A program made the position numbers and the translations under genes. From an uncultured Gemmatimonadales bacterium (GTDB lineage Bacteria; Gemmatimonadota; Gemmatimonadetes; Longimicrobiales; Longimicrobiaceae), in the NCBI GenBank assembly GCA_963716255.1, contig OY970303.1, forward strand, positions 1,312,001-1,376,000: a stretch of 64,000 nt of DNA, given 5' to 3'. The notes beneath the pieces were generated by a model. That model had not been told where the DNA came from and did not search any database. It worked only from the letters and a program-made list of their open reading frames with translations. Below, in pieces: positions 17,504 to 26,656 of the stretch (positions are counted from its first letter, which is position 1; each line of letters begins with the position of its first letter).

Positions 17504-18865
17504 TCAGTCCTCCGCGTCCGGCTCCAGCCCGCCGAGCAGCGGCATCTCCTCGCCGCGCCGCGCCCGCTTCTTCGGGCTGGCGGGCGGCACCGGCGTCTCC
17601 GGGAACGACACTTCGGCCGCGGCGTCGGAGAGCGAGCGGTAGACCGCCTCGCCGGTGCGCTTGAGCAGGGCCATGGCGCGGCGCACCTCGTCCGGCGTCA
17701 GGTCGGTGCCGGCCAATCCGCCCACGATCTCGCCGTACGTCGTCGCGCGGCCGCGGAAGCGCTCCCGCAGCGTGCGCGACAGCAGCGCCAGGTCGGCCGC
17801 GAGCGCGCCGGGGGCCGCGGGCGGCGGATCCGCGTCCCCGGAGGCGAACAGCTCCAGCGTGCCGGCGTCCGCCGCCTCGTCGGGGACGTCGGAGCGGAAG
17901 GCGCGGTCCAGCACGGCGCGGTCGTCCACGCCGGCGCCGCGGAGCGCCTGGTTCAGCGCCAGCGCCCGGAGGGGGTCCCGCGCCGCCAGGAACAGGTAGA
18001 GCGAGTCCGCCGCGTCGTCGGACAGGTGCACGGGCACGCGGCGCACCACGCGGCCGCCCGCCCCGGCCAGCCGCTCCGCGTAGCGCTCCACGAGCCGCGC
18101 CTCGGCGGCGCGCCCGCCGCCCGCGCGCTCGGCGTCGCGCCACAGCGACAGCCACTCGTAGCGCGCGTCGCCGAAGAGCGCGGAGTATCCCTCCACCCCC
18201 TGGCGGGCGTGCCCGGGGAGGTCGGCGATGGTGCTGCCCCGGTAGCGCGCCTGCTTCTGGAGGTCCGCGTGGGGAAAGGAAAGCAGCACGTCGGCGCGGG
18301 GGGCGGCCAGCAGCGGGCGCAGCGAGGCCAGCGGCAGCTTTCCCGGCGCGGGGGGCGCCAGGAAGCAGAGCGCGCGGTCCGCCGCGGCGGCGAAGCGGGC
18401 CACGCGCTCCGCGGCGTCGGCCCACTCCATGTGCAGCAGCGCCACCTCGCCGTGGGCCAGGCCGGAGGGGTCGTCGACCCGGCGGACGCGGTGCCCCGCC
18501 CCGGTGCGCTCCAGCTCGCGCTCCAGCCGGTCCAGCTCCGCCGGGTCCGCCTCCACCAGCACCGCCGCGGCGTGAAGCGGCACCCGCGCGCCGGGCGCGA
18601 GCGCAGCCAGCCGGTCCAGCGCGCGCACCCCGCGCGACGCCGAGCCGGGCACCACGCTCCGACCCGGCCCCACCAGCACGTGGCGCCCCCCGGAGTTGGC
18701 GAAGCCGTCCACGTACGCCACCCGGAAGGGCTCCGGCTCCGCGCCATCCTCCGGCGGGCGCGCCGCCCGCAGCTCGCGCGCGGCCGCCTCGGTCCACTCC
18801 GCCAGGAAGTGGCCGAGCACCTCGTGCAGGGCGAGCGTGGAGCGGTGCGGGGTTACGGGGCTCAC
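17504..18865 (-). CDS. Divergent three-Cys-motif partner (TcmP)-like methyltransferase-fold protein with C-terminal wHTH
   Basis: HEVLGHFLAEW, YVDGFA, ADVLLSF, YLFLAARDP; short C-terminal winged-helix-like domain. Confidence 0.55.
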   Translation of the reverse strand: MSPVTPHRSTLALHEVLGHFLAEWTEAAARELRAARPPEDGAEPEPFRVAYVDGFANSGGRHVLVGPGRSVVPGSASRGVRALDRLAALAPGARVPLHAAAVLVEADPAELDRLERELERTGAGHRVRRVDDPSGLAHGEVALLHMEWADAAERVARFAAAADRALCFLAPPAPGKLPLASLRPLLAAPRADVLLSFPHADLQKQARYRGSTIADLPGHARQGVEGYSALFGDARYEWLSLWRDAERAGGGRAAEARLVERYAERLAGAGGRVVRRVPVHLSDDAADSLYLFLAARDPLRALALNQALRGAGVDDRAVLDRAFRSDVPDEAADAGTLELFASGDADPPPAAPGALAADLALLSRTLRERFRGRATTYGEIVGGLAGTDLTPDEVRRAMALLKRTGEAVYRSLSDAAAEVSFPETPVPPASPKKRARRGEEMPLLGGLEPDAED

Positions 18866-19048
18866 GGGCCTGGGGCGCGGGTGGGGAGTGGACGCCCGGA
18901 AGACTATCCCCGGGGGGTACCCGAATCAAGCCCGAAACCGCCTCCGCGGGTTTCCCCCCCGGACCGGCGCTGTAGATTCCGTTGCACGTCCCGTGCGGTG
19001 AGCGCGCGGGACCCGTGAGAACCGATCGCCCGAAGACGGAGGGACACG

Positions 19049-19507
19049 ATGCCCGAGATCGCCAGGACCAGCCGCAAGGCCACGGTGCCCTGCGCCTCCT
19101 GCGGCAGGCTGAACCGGGTGGACATGGCGCGCGCCGCCGACGGCCCCAGGTGCGGCCAGTGCAGCCAGTCCATCGCGCTCGACCGGCCGCTCCACCTCAC
19201 CGACGCCGACTTCGCGCGGGTGGTGCGCGACGCCGAGGTGCCGGTGGTGGTGGACTTCTACGCCGACTGGTGCGGGCCCTGCAAGGCGATGGCGCCGGTG
19301 CTGGACCAGCTCGCCCGCGACCGCGTGGGCCAGATCCTGGTGGCAAAGCTCGACACCGACCGCAACCCGGCCACCTCCGCGCAGTTCGGCATCCGCTCCA
19401 TCCCCACCCTGATCGCCTTCAACGGCGGCAAGGGCGTGACGCGGGTGACGGGCGCCGTGGGGGGACCGCGGCTGGACGCGATGGTGCAGGCCGCGCTGGG
19501 CAGCTGA
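19049..19507 (+). CDS. trxC: Thioredoxin 2 (zinc-finger thioredoxin)
   Basis: CASC/CGQC N-terminal zinc finger; WCGPC active site. Confidence 0.9.
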   Translation: MPEIARTSRKATVPCASCGRLNRVDMARAADGPRCGQCSQSIALDRPLHLTDADFARVVRDAEVPVVVDFYADWCGPCKAMAPVLDQLARDRVGQILVAKLDTDRNPATSAQFGIRSIPTLIAFNGGKGVTRVTGAVGGPRLDAMVQAALGS

Positions 19508-19510
19508 CGC

Positions 19511-20515
19511 GTGGGGGCGGCGGAGGACGCGGGGACGCACGTCGCGGGGACGGGGAGCCACCTTCCCGCGCGCGTGCTGGGGAACGCGGAGATCGCCGCG
19601 CTTGCCGGGGTGACGGAAGACTGGATCCTGCGGCGCACCGGAATCCGCGAGCGCCGCGTCGCCGCGGACGACGAGGGCGCCGCGGCCATGGCCGCCCGCG
19701 CCGCGCGGCCGGCGCTGGAGGCCGCGGGGATCGGGGCGGAGGAGCTGGGCGTGGTGGTGGTCGCCACCTCCACCCCCGACCACCTCACCCCACCCACCGC
19801 CTGCGAGCTGCAGGCCGCGGTGGGAGCGTGGGGCGCCGCCTGCTTCGACGTGGAGGCCGGGTTCGCGGGGTGGATCTACGCGCTGGTGGTGGCGGACGCG
19901 CTGCTGCGCTGCGGCGCCGGACGCTTCGCCCTGGTGGTGGGCGTGGAAAAGCTGTCCACGGTCACCGACCGCGCCGACCCGGCCACCGGCCCTCTCTTCG
20001 GCGACGGGGCGGGCGCCGTGGTCCTCGCCGCGGGCCGGGGCCCGCTGCCGCTGCGCGCGACCAGCTGGTGGGCGGACGGGCGGCTGGCGGACGCCCTGCT
20101 GCGCCCGGGCGGCGGCTCGCGCCGCCCCTTCGACGCGCGCGTGCTGGAGGAGCGCACGCACCTGCTGCGCATGGAGGGGACGCGCCTCTTCAGGGCCGCC
20201 GTGCGCACCATGGCCGCGCAGGCCGGCGCCGCGCTGGAGCGGGCCGGCGTCGCCCCCGCCCGGGTGGGGCTGGTGGTGCCGCACCAGGCCAACCTGCGCA
20301 TCATCGACGGGCTGAAGAAGGAGATGGCGCTGCCCGACGAGCGCGTGTTCGTCAACATCGACCGGCTGGGCAACACCGGCGCCGCCACCATCCCCATCGC
20401 GCTCGACGAGGCGCTGCGCGGTGGGCGAATCCCCCCCGACGCGCCGACGCTGCTGGTGTCGTTCGGCGCCGGCGCCACGGCGGGGGCGGCCGTGCTCGGG
20501 CCGGATCCCGGCTGA
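19511..20515 (+). CDS. 3-oxoacyl-ACP synthase III (FabH)-like protein, catalytic Cys replaced by Phe
   Basis: WILRRTGIRERR, LFGDGAGA, PHQAN, GNTGAA, FGAG; DVEAGFAG where the Cys-bearing motif is expected. Confidence 0.85.
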   Translation: MGAAEDAGTHVAGTGSHLPARVLGNAEIAALAGVTEDWILRRTGIRERRVAADDEGAAAMAARAARPALEAAGIGAEELGVVVVATSTPDHLTPPTACELQAAVGAWGAACFDVEAGFAGWIYALVVADALLRCGAGRFALVVGVEKLSTVTDRADPATGPLFGDGAGAVVLAAGRGPLPLRATSWWADGRLADALLRPGGGSRRPFDARVLEERTHLLRMEGTRLFRAAVRTMAAQAGAALERAGVAPARVGLVVPHQANLRIIDGLKKEMALPDERVFVNIDRLGNTGAATIPIALDEALRGGRIPPDAPTLLVSFGAGATAGAAVLGPDPG

Positions 20516-20553
20516 CGGAGGCTCCCGTCCGTGCTCCTGCGCGCACATGGCCC

Positions 20554-20581
20554 TTGACTGCACGAACGGTCGTTCTATTAT
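20554..20581 (+). promoter_or_regulatory. Promoter of tetR with operator GCACGAACGGTCG in the spacer; probably a leaderless mRNA
   Basis: TTGACT-16 nt-TATTAT, with the ATG 7 nt downstream and no RBS; operator-like motif repeated at 21246. Confidence 0.65.
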
Positions 20582-20587
20582 GACATC

Positions 20588-21196
20588 ATGAGCAAGGGCG
20601 CACTCACCCGGCGGGCCATTCTGGAGCACGCCTTCAGCCTCGCCAGCCAGGCGGGGCTGGAGGGGCTGAGCATCGGGCGGCTGGCTCAGGAGCTGGACCT
20701 GTCCAAGAGCGGGCTATTCGCCCACTTCCAGTCCAAGGAAGCGCTCCAGCTCCAGGTGATCGAGTACGCGGCAGAGAACTTCACCCGGCACGTCGCGCTG
20801 CCGACGCTGCGGACCGAGCGCGGCGAGCCGCGCGTCCGCGCCGTGCTGGAAAACTGGCTCCGCTGGCCGGAGGAGTCCGGGGCGCGCGGCGGCTGTTTCT
20901 TCGTGGCCGCGTCCGTGGAGCTGGACGACCGCACGGGCGCCGCGCGAGACCGGCTGGTGGAGCTGCAGCGCGAGTGGATCGACTTCCTGGCCCGGGTCGC
21001 GCGCGGCGCCGTGTCCGCCGGCCACTTTCGCGACGACCTGGACGCGGAGCAGTTCGCGTATGCCCTGTACGGGACCATGCTGGTGACCCACCAGTACCGT
21101 CGGCTCCTCGGCGACCCCGGCGCGGAGCCGCGCGCCCGGGCCGCGCTGGAGACCCTGATCCGGGACGCGGCCGCGGTGCCCGCGGCGCGCCCGTAG
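20588..21196 (+). CDS. TetR/AcrR family transcriptional regulator
   Basis: GLEGLSIGRLAQELDLSKSGLFAHFQSKE HTH; GGCFF. Confidence 0.93.
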   Translation: MSKGALTRRAILEHAFSLASQAGLEGLSIGRLAQELDLSKSGLFAHFQSKEALQLQVIEYAAENFTRHVALPTLRTERGEPRVRAVLENWLRWPEESGARGGCFFVAASVELDDRTGAARDRLVELQREWIDFLARVARGAVSAGHFRDDLDAEQFAYALYGTMLVTHQYRRLLGDPGAEPRARAALETLIRDAAAVPAARP

Positions 21197-21220
21197 CCCC
21201 ACCCGCGAGGAGCAGGGACC

Positions 21221-22114
21221 ATGGACACACAAACAGCAGGAAAAAGCACGAACGTTCGGTTGAAAATACCTCCGGCGATCACCGGCGCCATCCGTCTGCT
21301 CCATCGCGTCTCTCCACCGCTGGCCCGACGCCTCGCGCGCCGCGTCTTCTTCACCCCGCCGCGCCGGCGGCCTTCGGCGCGCACGCTGGAGCTGCTCGCC
21401 ACCGGGCAGCCGTTCGTGCTCCGCGTGCGGGGCGGGCGCGTTCACGGCTGGAGATGGGGGAGCGGACCGGCAGTGTACCTGCTGCACGGCTGGGGCGGAC
21501 GGGCCGCGAGCCTGGTCCACTTCGTGGAGCCGCTCCTGGAGCAGGGGCTCGGCGTGGTCGCCTTCGACGCGCCTGGACACGGCTCCTCGGACGGGCGCAT
21601 CTCCACGCTGCCGCACTACGCCGACGCGCTCCGGGCCGCCGTCCGGGAGATGGCGCCGGTGCACGCCGTGCTCGCCCATTCCATGGGCGCGGCGACAGCC
21701 ACCTACGCGTTGCGCGGCGGGCTGCGGGCGGAGCGCGCGGTGTTCGTGGGCGCGGCGGCGGACCCGTTCCGCTTCCACGACGTGTTCATGCATGCGGTCG
21801 GGCTGCCGCGCGGCGAATGGAGCGTGTCGGTGCGCGAGATCGAGACGTGGCTGGGGATCCCCGCGAGCGACGTGTCCGTCCCCCTGTCGGCGCCCGCGAT
21901 GACGGTCCCGCTCCTCGCCTTCCACGATCGCGGCGACCCCGAGGTCCCCTGCAGCGAGAGCGAGGAGATCGTGGCGGCGTGGCCGCGGGCGCGCCTGGTC
22001 ACCACCTCCGGCCTGGGCCACCGGGAGATCCTGCGCGACCCCGAGGTGATCCGCGCGGCGGTGGAGTTCCTGTCCGGCGGCGCAGTCGAAGAGACCGAGC
22101 GGCTGCGGGCCTGA
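21221..22114 (+). CDS. Alpha/beta fold hydrolase
   Basis: LHGWGG, FDAPGHG, AHSMG nucleophile elbow, HDRGD, GLGH. Confidence 0.9.
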   Translation: MDTQTAGKSTNVRLKIPPAITGAIRLLHRVSPPLARRLARRVFFTPPRRRPSARTLELLATGQPFVLRVRGGRVHGWRWGSGPAVYLLHGWGGRAASLVHFVEPLLEQGLGVVAFDAPGHGSSDGRISTLPHYADALRAAVREMAPVHAVLAHSMGAATATYALRGGLRAERAVFVGAAADPFRFHDVFMHAVGLPRGEWSVSVREIETWLGIPASDVSVPLSAPAMTVPLLAFHDRGDPEVPCSESEEIVAAWPRARLVTTSGLGHREILRDPEVIRAAVEFLSGGAVEETERLRA

Positions 22115-22129
22115 CGGACGGCAGGGGCT

Positions 22130-22294
22130 GGGTTCGGGCGTGCCCCCGGCTGGCGCCGGGGTCGGGCTTCGGCTCCGTAGGACGAGAAACTACCTCGTCC
22201 AACGGAGTCGAGCCCCGGCGGAAACAGCCCCGCCGGGTCTCGCCCCTTCGGGCCGAAATCCCTCACGCGGGCATCTCGCTGGCGTCCGCGGGGG
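22130..22294 (-). repeat. Family-1 repeat, copy 2
   Basis: Reverse-complement match to copy 1, with the extended end CCCCGCGGACGCCAGC. Confidence 0.9.
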
Positions 22295-22527
22295 TCCCCA
22301 CCCGGCTCGCTTGAGGCTCGCCACCCTCCCCCGTTCCGGGAGAGGGGAATCTCCACGCTTCGATCCCCTCCAGCGTCGTGCCGTGCTCCCCTCCCCCTTG
22401 CGGGGAGGGGCCGGGGGAGGGGTCGCCGTGGGCGCTTCCGACGTCGCCGGGTGAGGGCCAGGCGGAACGGCGGCGGGGGCGGACGGTACCAGGGCCGTCC
22501 TCGTCCGTCGCCGACCGACCGGAGCAC

Positions 22528-23208
22528 ATGCAGCCTGCACCGACCGCGTATCCCGCCACCGAGAGCGCGCTTCGCGCCGCCCTCGCCGACGCGCCGCTCG
22601 ACCGCGAGTCGTTCGAGCGGCCGCTGTCGCGCTGCGCGCTCGCGCGGTGCCACGGCACCTGCTGCTCGGAGGGGGTCTACCTGAACGCGGAGGTGGCGGC
22701 GACGCTCCGCAACCTGCTGCGGCGCGAGTCGGGGCGGTTCCGCGCGCTGGGGATGGAGCGGCCGGAGGAGGCGGTGGTGGTGGAGGTGGAGGACGGGGTG
22801 CGCTCCGTCCGCACCGCGCTGGTGCCGAAGCCCTTCCGCGCGCGGGTGCCCGACTACCCCGCGCACTTCCCGGAGACCGCCTGCGCCTTTCTCCTGGACG
22901 ACGCCCGCTGCGCTCTCCAGGCGGTGGCCGAGACCCAGGAGCTCCATCCCTGGCACTACAAGCCGCTCGCCTGCTGGCTTCACCCCGTCTCCCTGTCGCC
23001 GGAGGGGATCCGCCTGCACGACGCGGCCAGCGACCCGTACCCCGGCGGCTGGACGAGCCGGACGCACTGCGGCCGGACGGATCCGTGCGGCCGCCCGGCG
23101 CTGGAGGTGCTGCACGCCGAGCTGGAGTTCCTGGGCCGGGTCCTGGGGCGCGACCTGCTCGCCGCGCCGGGCGACGCCACGGACGCGGAGGCCCGGCGCG
23201 CCCCGTAG
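22528..23208 (+). CDS. Cys-rich DUF3109-like protein
   Basis: CxxxxCHGTCCSEG, CAFL..CALQ, KPLACWLHP. Confidence 0.65.
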   Translation: MQPAPTAYPATESALRAALADAPLDRESFERPLSRCALARCHGTCCSEGVYLNAEVAATLRNLLRRESGRFRALGMERPEEAVVVEVEDGVRSVRTALVPKPFRARVPDYPAHFPETACAFLLDDARCALQAVAETQELHPWHYKPLACWLHPVSLSPEGIRLHDAASDPYPGGWTSRTHCGRTDPCGRPALEVLHAELEFLGRVLGRDLLAAPGDATDAEARRAP

Positions 23209-23252
23209 AGCGCGCCGCGCCGCGCGGGCCCCGTCCGCGGCCGGGGGCGCGG

Positions 23253-25466
23253 CTACATCAGCCCGTCCAGGTACAGGTCCACGCGCCACCCCGTGGGGTC
23301 GCGGAGCGCGCGGGCGAGGTCCACCCGCACCAGCCCGTCCAGGAAGCTCGCGCCCACCCCGGCCGAAAGGAGCCGCGGGTCCGCCGCCCACGCGTCGCGC
23401 GCGCCGGCCCACCCCGCGTCCGAGAAGGCGACGATCCGCGCGCCCGGCGCGGCCCGCCCCACCTCCGCCCTCGCCCGCCAGAACGCCTCCCCGGCCACGA
23501 TCCCGCCCGCGTAGCCGCGCGCCGTCGCCGGGCCGCCCAGGAACCACAGCCCCTGCACCGGCACCTCACCCAGCGCGGTGCCCGCGCCCACCTCCACCGT
23601 CCCCACCAGCCCCGCGGGGAGCGGCGCCCCGCCGAACAGCGTGGCGGATGGGCGCGCGAAGGTGAAGGTGCCGGTGGAGCCCTCCAGCGCCACCTCCATC
23701 CCCCCGCGCCACCCGGCCGGGTCCGCGCCGCGCGCCGCCCGCCACGCGACCGCCGCGCCCGCCTGGTCTGCCGACTCGGCGCGGATGTTTTCACGGAAGC
23801 CGTCGTCGCTCCACAGGCTGGGCAGGCTCCAGTCGGTGCTCTTCTCCGCCTCCGCCTGGTGCTCCGCGAACAGGCGCCAGCTCACCCCCTGCTCCGCCAC
23901 GGGGGAGCGCAGGAGCTCCACCCCCAGGCTGCGGAAGTAGTGTCCGTCGTCGCGGCCGAAGAGCAGCGACGAGAGCGAGTTGCCCAGGCCCAGCGCCCGC
24001 GGCGCGAAGTCCACCGCGTCCAGCCGCCGGTACGCGGCCAGGCGGTGCCGCGACGCGACGCCGGTGCGGGTCGCCCCCACCTGCACGTCGGGCTGCCAGT
24101 CGGCGATGCCCAGGCGCAGCGTGGCGTCGGCGGTCGCGCGGCCCAGCTCCCACTCGGCCCGGGCGCCCGCGGAAAGCCCCTCCACGCGGTTGTAGCGCAG
24201 CAGGTCCGGCGAGCTTCCCGCCCACGACAGGCGCGGCCGGGCCAGCTGCCACGGCGCCGCGGGCGCCAGCTTCGCGAGCGCGACCAGCTCGTTCATCTCC
24301 GCGCGGCTCACCAGCGCCTCGCCCTCCTCGAAGATGGACGGCGGCAGGTGCTCGCCGGCGACCACGCGCTGGGTGTCGCGCGGCATCAGCGTGACCGACT
24401 CGCGGCAGCGGCCGCCCGAGCAGTCGCACCCCAGCTCCACCGTGAACTCCGGGCGCGCGGCCCGGAGCGAGTCGCGCACCGCCGCCCCCCGCGGGGAGTG
24501 GTCGCCGCACTTCCGCGCGGAGCCGGCGGCGGACGCGGCGGCGACGGCGGGCGGGGGCGTGCCGGGCGCGTCGCCCTCCACCTCGAAGTCCGCGTAGGTC
24601 TGCTCCATCCGCAGGGGAAAGCGGGCCATCTTCCCCAGCTGCGCCTCGCCCTCCAGCGCCACCAGCCGCGGGAGCCACCAGCGCTGGTGCCAGAGCCCGT
24701 ACTCCACCGTCATGAAGCGGATGTCGGCGCGGACCGGCTTGAAGACGCCCGGCACGTCGTCCAGGTCGTCATCGTCGGGGTCCAGCCGCCGGCCGTCGGT
24801 CTCCAGGTCGAAGGGGCGGGCCAGGCGGAGCACCGCGCGAACCACCGCGTGCGAATCGCTTTCCAGCCAGAGCGAGCCGCTCACCAGCGACGACTCGCTG
24901 CGCCGGGGGATCACCTGGAGCTCCACCAGCCGCAGCGCGGCCATCCCGGGAATGCGCACGGTGACGGTGTCGCCGGAGCGGAAGCGGTAGTCGGCCTCGC
25001 TCCCGGCGGCCAGCGGGTGCCGCGCGAAGGCGTCGTCGCCGCCCATCATCCCCCCCAGCCCCAGCTCCAGCCGGTCGGCGGTGGGGTCGAACACGGAATT
25101 GCCGCAGTCCTCCTCGGGCTCCGGCGTCCGCGACACCAGCGGCACCACTTCGCGCCCGCCCAGCACCTCCATCACCGCGGGCTCGCCGCGCCGCCAGTCC
25201 ACCCGCACGGCGGACTCGCAGCGGAAGAAGAGCCGGTCCCGCCGGAGCGCCCTCAGCCCCAGCGAGATCCGCGACCGCGAGACCACCCGGTAGCTGCGGA
25301 TGGCGCTTTCCACGTCCGTCCTGCGCTCGCGCGCCAGGCGCACGGTCTCGCGCGCGCCGGCGTCCAGGTACGCGTCGGAGCGGGCGGCGGACTGCGGGAG
25401 GGCGGTGTCGGGGGCGGAGGGAGACGGGTGGGCGGCGAGCAGCGAGGCCGCGAGCAGGAGCAGCAT
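23253..25466 (-). CDS. Secreted / outer-membrane protein with probable C-terminal beta-barrel
   Basis: Signal peptide; RYNRVEGLSAG; alternating C-terminal strands ending WRVDLYLDGLM. Confidence 0.7.
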   Translation of the reverse strand: MLLLLAASLLAAHPSPSAPDTALPQSAARSDAYLDAGARETVRLARERRTDVESAIRSYRVVSRSRISLGLRALRRDRLFFRCESAVRVDWRRGEPAVMEVLGGREVVPLVSRTPEPEEDCGNSVFDPTADRLELGLGGMMGGDDAFARHPLAAGSEADYRFRSGDTVTVRIPGMAALRLVELQVIPRRSESSLVSGSLWLESDSHAVVRAVLRLARPFDLETDGRRLDPDDDDLDDVPGVFKPVRADIRFMTVEYGLWHQRWWLPRLVALEGEAQLGKMARFPLRMEQTYADFEVEGDAPGTPPPAVAAASAAGSARKCGDHSPRGAAVRDSLRAARPEFTVELGCDCSGGRCRESVTLMPRDTQRVVAGEHLPPSIFEEGEALVSRAEMNELVALAKLAPAAPWQLARPRLSWAGSSPDLLRYNRVEGLSAGARAEWELGRATADATLRLGIADWQPDVQVGATRTGVASRHRLAAYRRLDAVDFAPRALGLGNSLSSLLFGRDDGHYFRSLGVELLRSPVAEQGVSWRLFAEHQAEAEKSTDWSLPSLWSDDGFRENIRAESADQAGAAVAWRAARGADPAGWRGGMEVALEGSTGTFTFARPSATLFGGAPLPAGLVGTVEVGAGTALGEVPVQGLWFLGGPATARGYAGGIVAGEAFWRARAEVGRAAPGARIVAFSDAGWAGARDAWAADPRLLSAGVGASFLDGLVRVDLARALRDPTGWRVDLYLDGLM

Positions 25467-25613
25467 GGTCGGTGCGTGGCTGGGGACGTCGGGCAGGGGA
25501 TCCGGAGGCCCCTACGGCGGGCCGGCGGACCGGGTTTCAGCCGCTCCGGACGCACGCGGGGCCGCCCCGGCGTGCGGAGCGGCCCCGTGTGCACCGTTCC
25601 CTGCCCCGGCGGT

Positions 25614-26168
25614 CTACGTCCGCCGGTGCCGGCCGGGGTTCTCCCTGTGATTGATGGCCACGACCGCGATCACCGTCCACGTCATGGTCAGCAAGAGCCC
25701 CGGCAGAGGAATGGGAGACAGCATCCGCGCCGCGAGCAGAAGCACGGAGCCCGCCGCCAGGCCCCAGGACCGCCCCCGCTCTCCCGCCACCGCGAGAGCC
25801 AGCGCGGGAAAAAGGATCGCCAGCGAGACCATGGCCACGACCGGCGCGGTGGAGTCGAGGGCACCGGAGTCCCACGCCTGCAGCCCGCCGGTGACCAGGA
25901 CCAGGCCGGCCCACCCCCACCGGAGCGGCGTCGTCGCGGCGTCCCCACCGAGCCGCATGCGCAGCAGGTGCGGGGCCGAGCGGAGCGCTTCGCCCACCAG
26001 CCAACTGCGGGCGCTCCGCGCGCCGTCCCGCTCCGCGCGGGACCGCGCCTCCTCCGCCAGGTCGCCCAGGAACTCGTCGCGGTGCTTCCCCGGGACCAAC
26101 CGGCGGAGCGCGGCCGCCAGCCAGCGCGGGATCACGTCCAGCCCGGGTCCGTCGCGGTCGTCCGTCAT
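25614..26168 (-). CDS. Membrane protein with permease-prefix (GDLxEE) N-terminal domain
   Basis: RDEFLGDLAEEA followed by four TM helices; overlaps the padR stop (ATGA). Confidence 0.7.
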   Translation of the reverse strand: MTDDRDGPGLDVIPRWLAAALRRLVPGKHRDEFLGDLAEEARSRAERDGARSARSWLVGEALRSAPHLLRMRLGGDAATTPLRWGWAGLVLVTGGLQAWDSGALDSTAPVVAMVSLAILFPALALAVAGERGRSWGLAAGSVLLLAARMLSPIPLPGLLLTMTWTVIAVVAINHRENPGRHRRT

Positions 26169-26509
26169 GCGGCTCCTCCTGCGAGAGGTTCCAGCCCGGG
26201 GAGCCCGGCGCGCATCCGGTCGGTCGCGCGGAGCGCCTGGCTGGCGGCGGCGTGTCCCTGGGCGGTGATGCGGAAGTAGCGCCTGGCGCGCCCCTCCCGC
26301 TCGGGCGCCGCGTCCCCCGGCCGGGAGCAGACGTACCCCTTCGATTCCAGCCTTTCCAGCGTGGCGTACACCGCGCCGAGCGAAGCGCCGCGCTCCGTGC
26401 GCTCCTCGATGTCGCGACGCACCGTCATTCCGTACGCGTTGTCGCCCAGACGGAGCACCGACAGCAGCACGAGCTGCTCGAACGCCCCCGGCAGGTCTCC
26501 CTTTGCCAT
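26165..26509 (-). CDS. PadR family transcriptional regulator
   Basis: FEQLVLLSV, AYG, GAVYATLERLESKG, RRYFRIT. Confidence 0.92.
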   Translation of the reverse strand: MAKGDLPGAFEQLVLLSVLRLGDNAYGMTVRRDIEERTERGASLGAVYATLERLESKGYVCSRPGDAAPEREGRARRYFRITAQGHAAASQALRATDRMRAGLPGLEPLAGGAA

Positions 26510-26522
26510 TTCAGACGCCTCC

Positions 26523-26543
26523 TATTTCTACATAATAGAAATA
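26523..26543. promoter_or_regulatory. Probable PadR operator
   Basis: Perfect AT-rich inverted repeat TATTTCTA-N5-TAGAAATA just upstream of padR. Confidence 0.65.
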
Positions 26544-26656
26544 AGCCGTGGCCTACGGCGGCGCAAGACTTTTCTTCGGTGCCCGGGTTGCTTCCCGGCC
26601 GCCGGGCCGCCGCGTATCTTGCCGCGGAGCCCCCCTCGCCCGTCCCCCTCCCCCAC

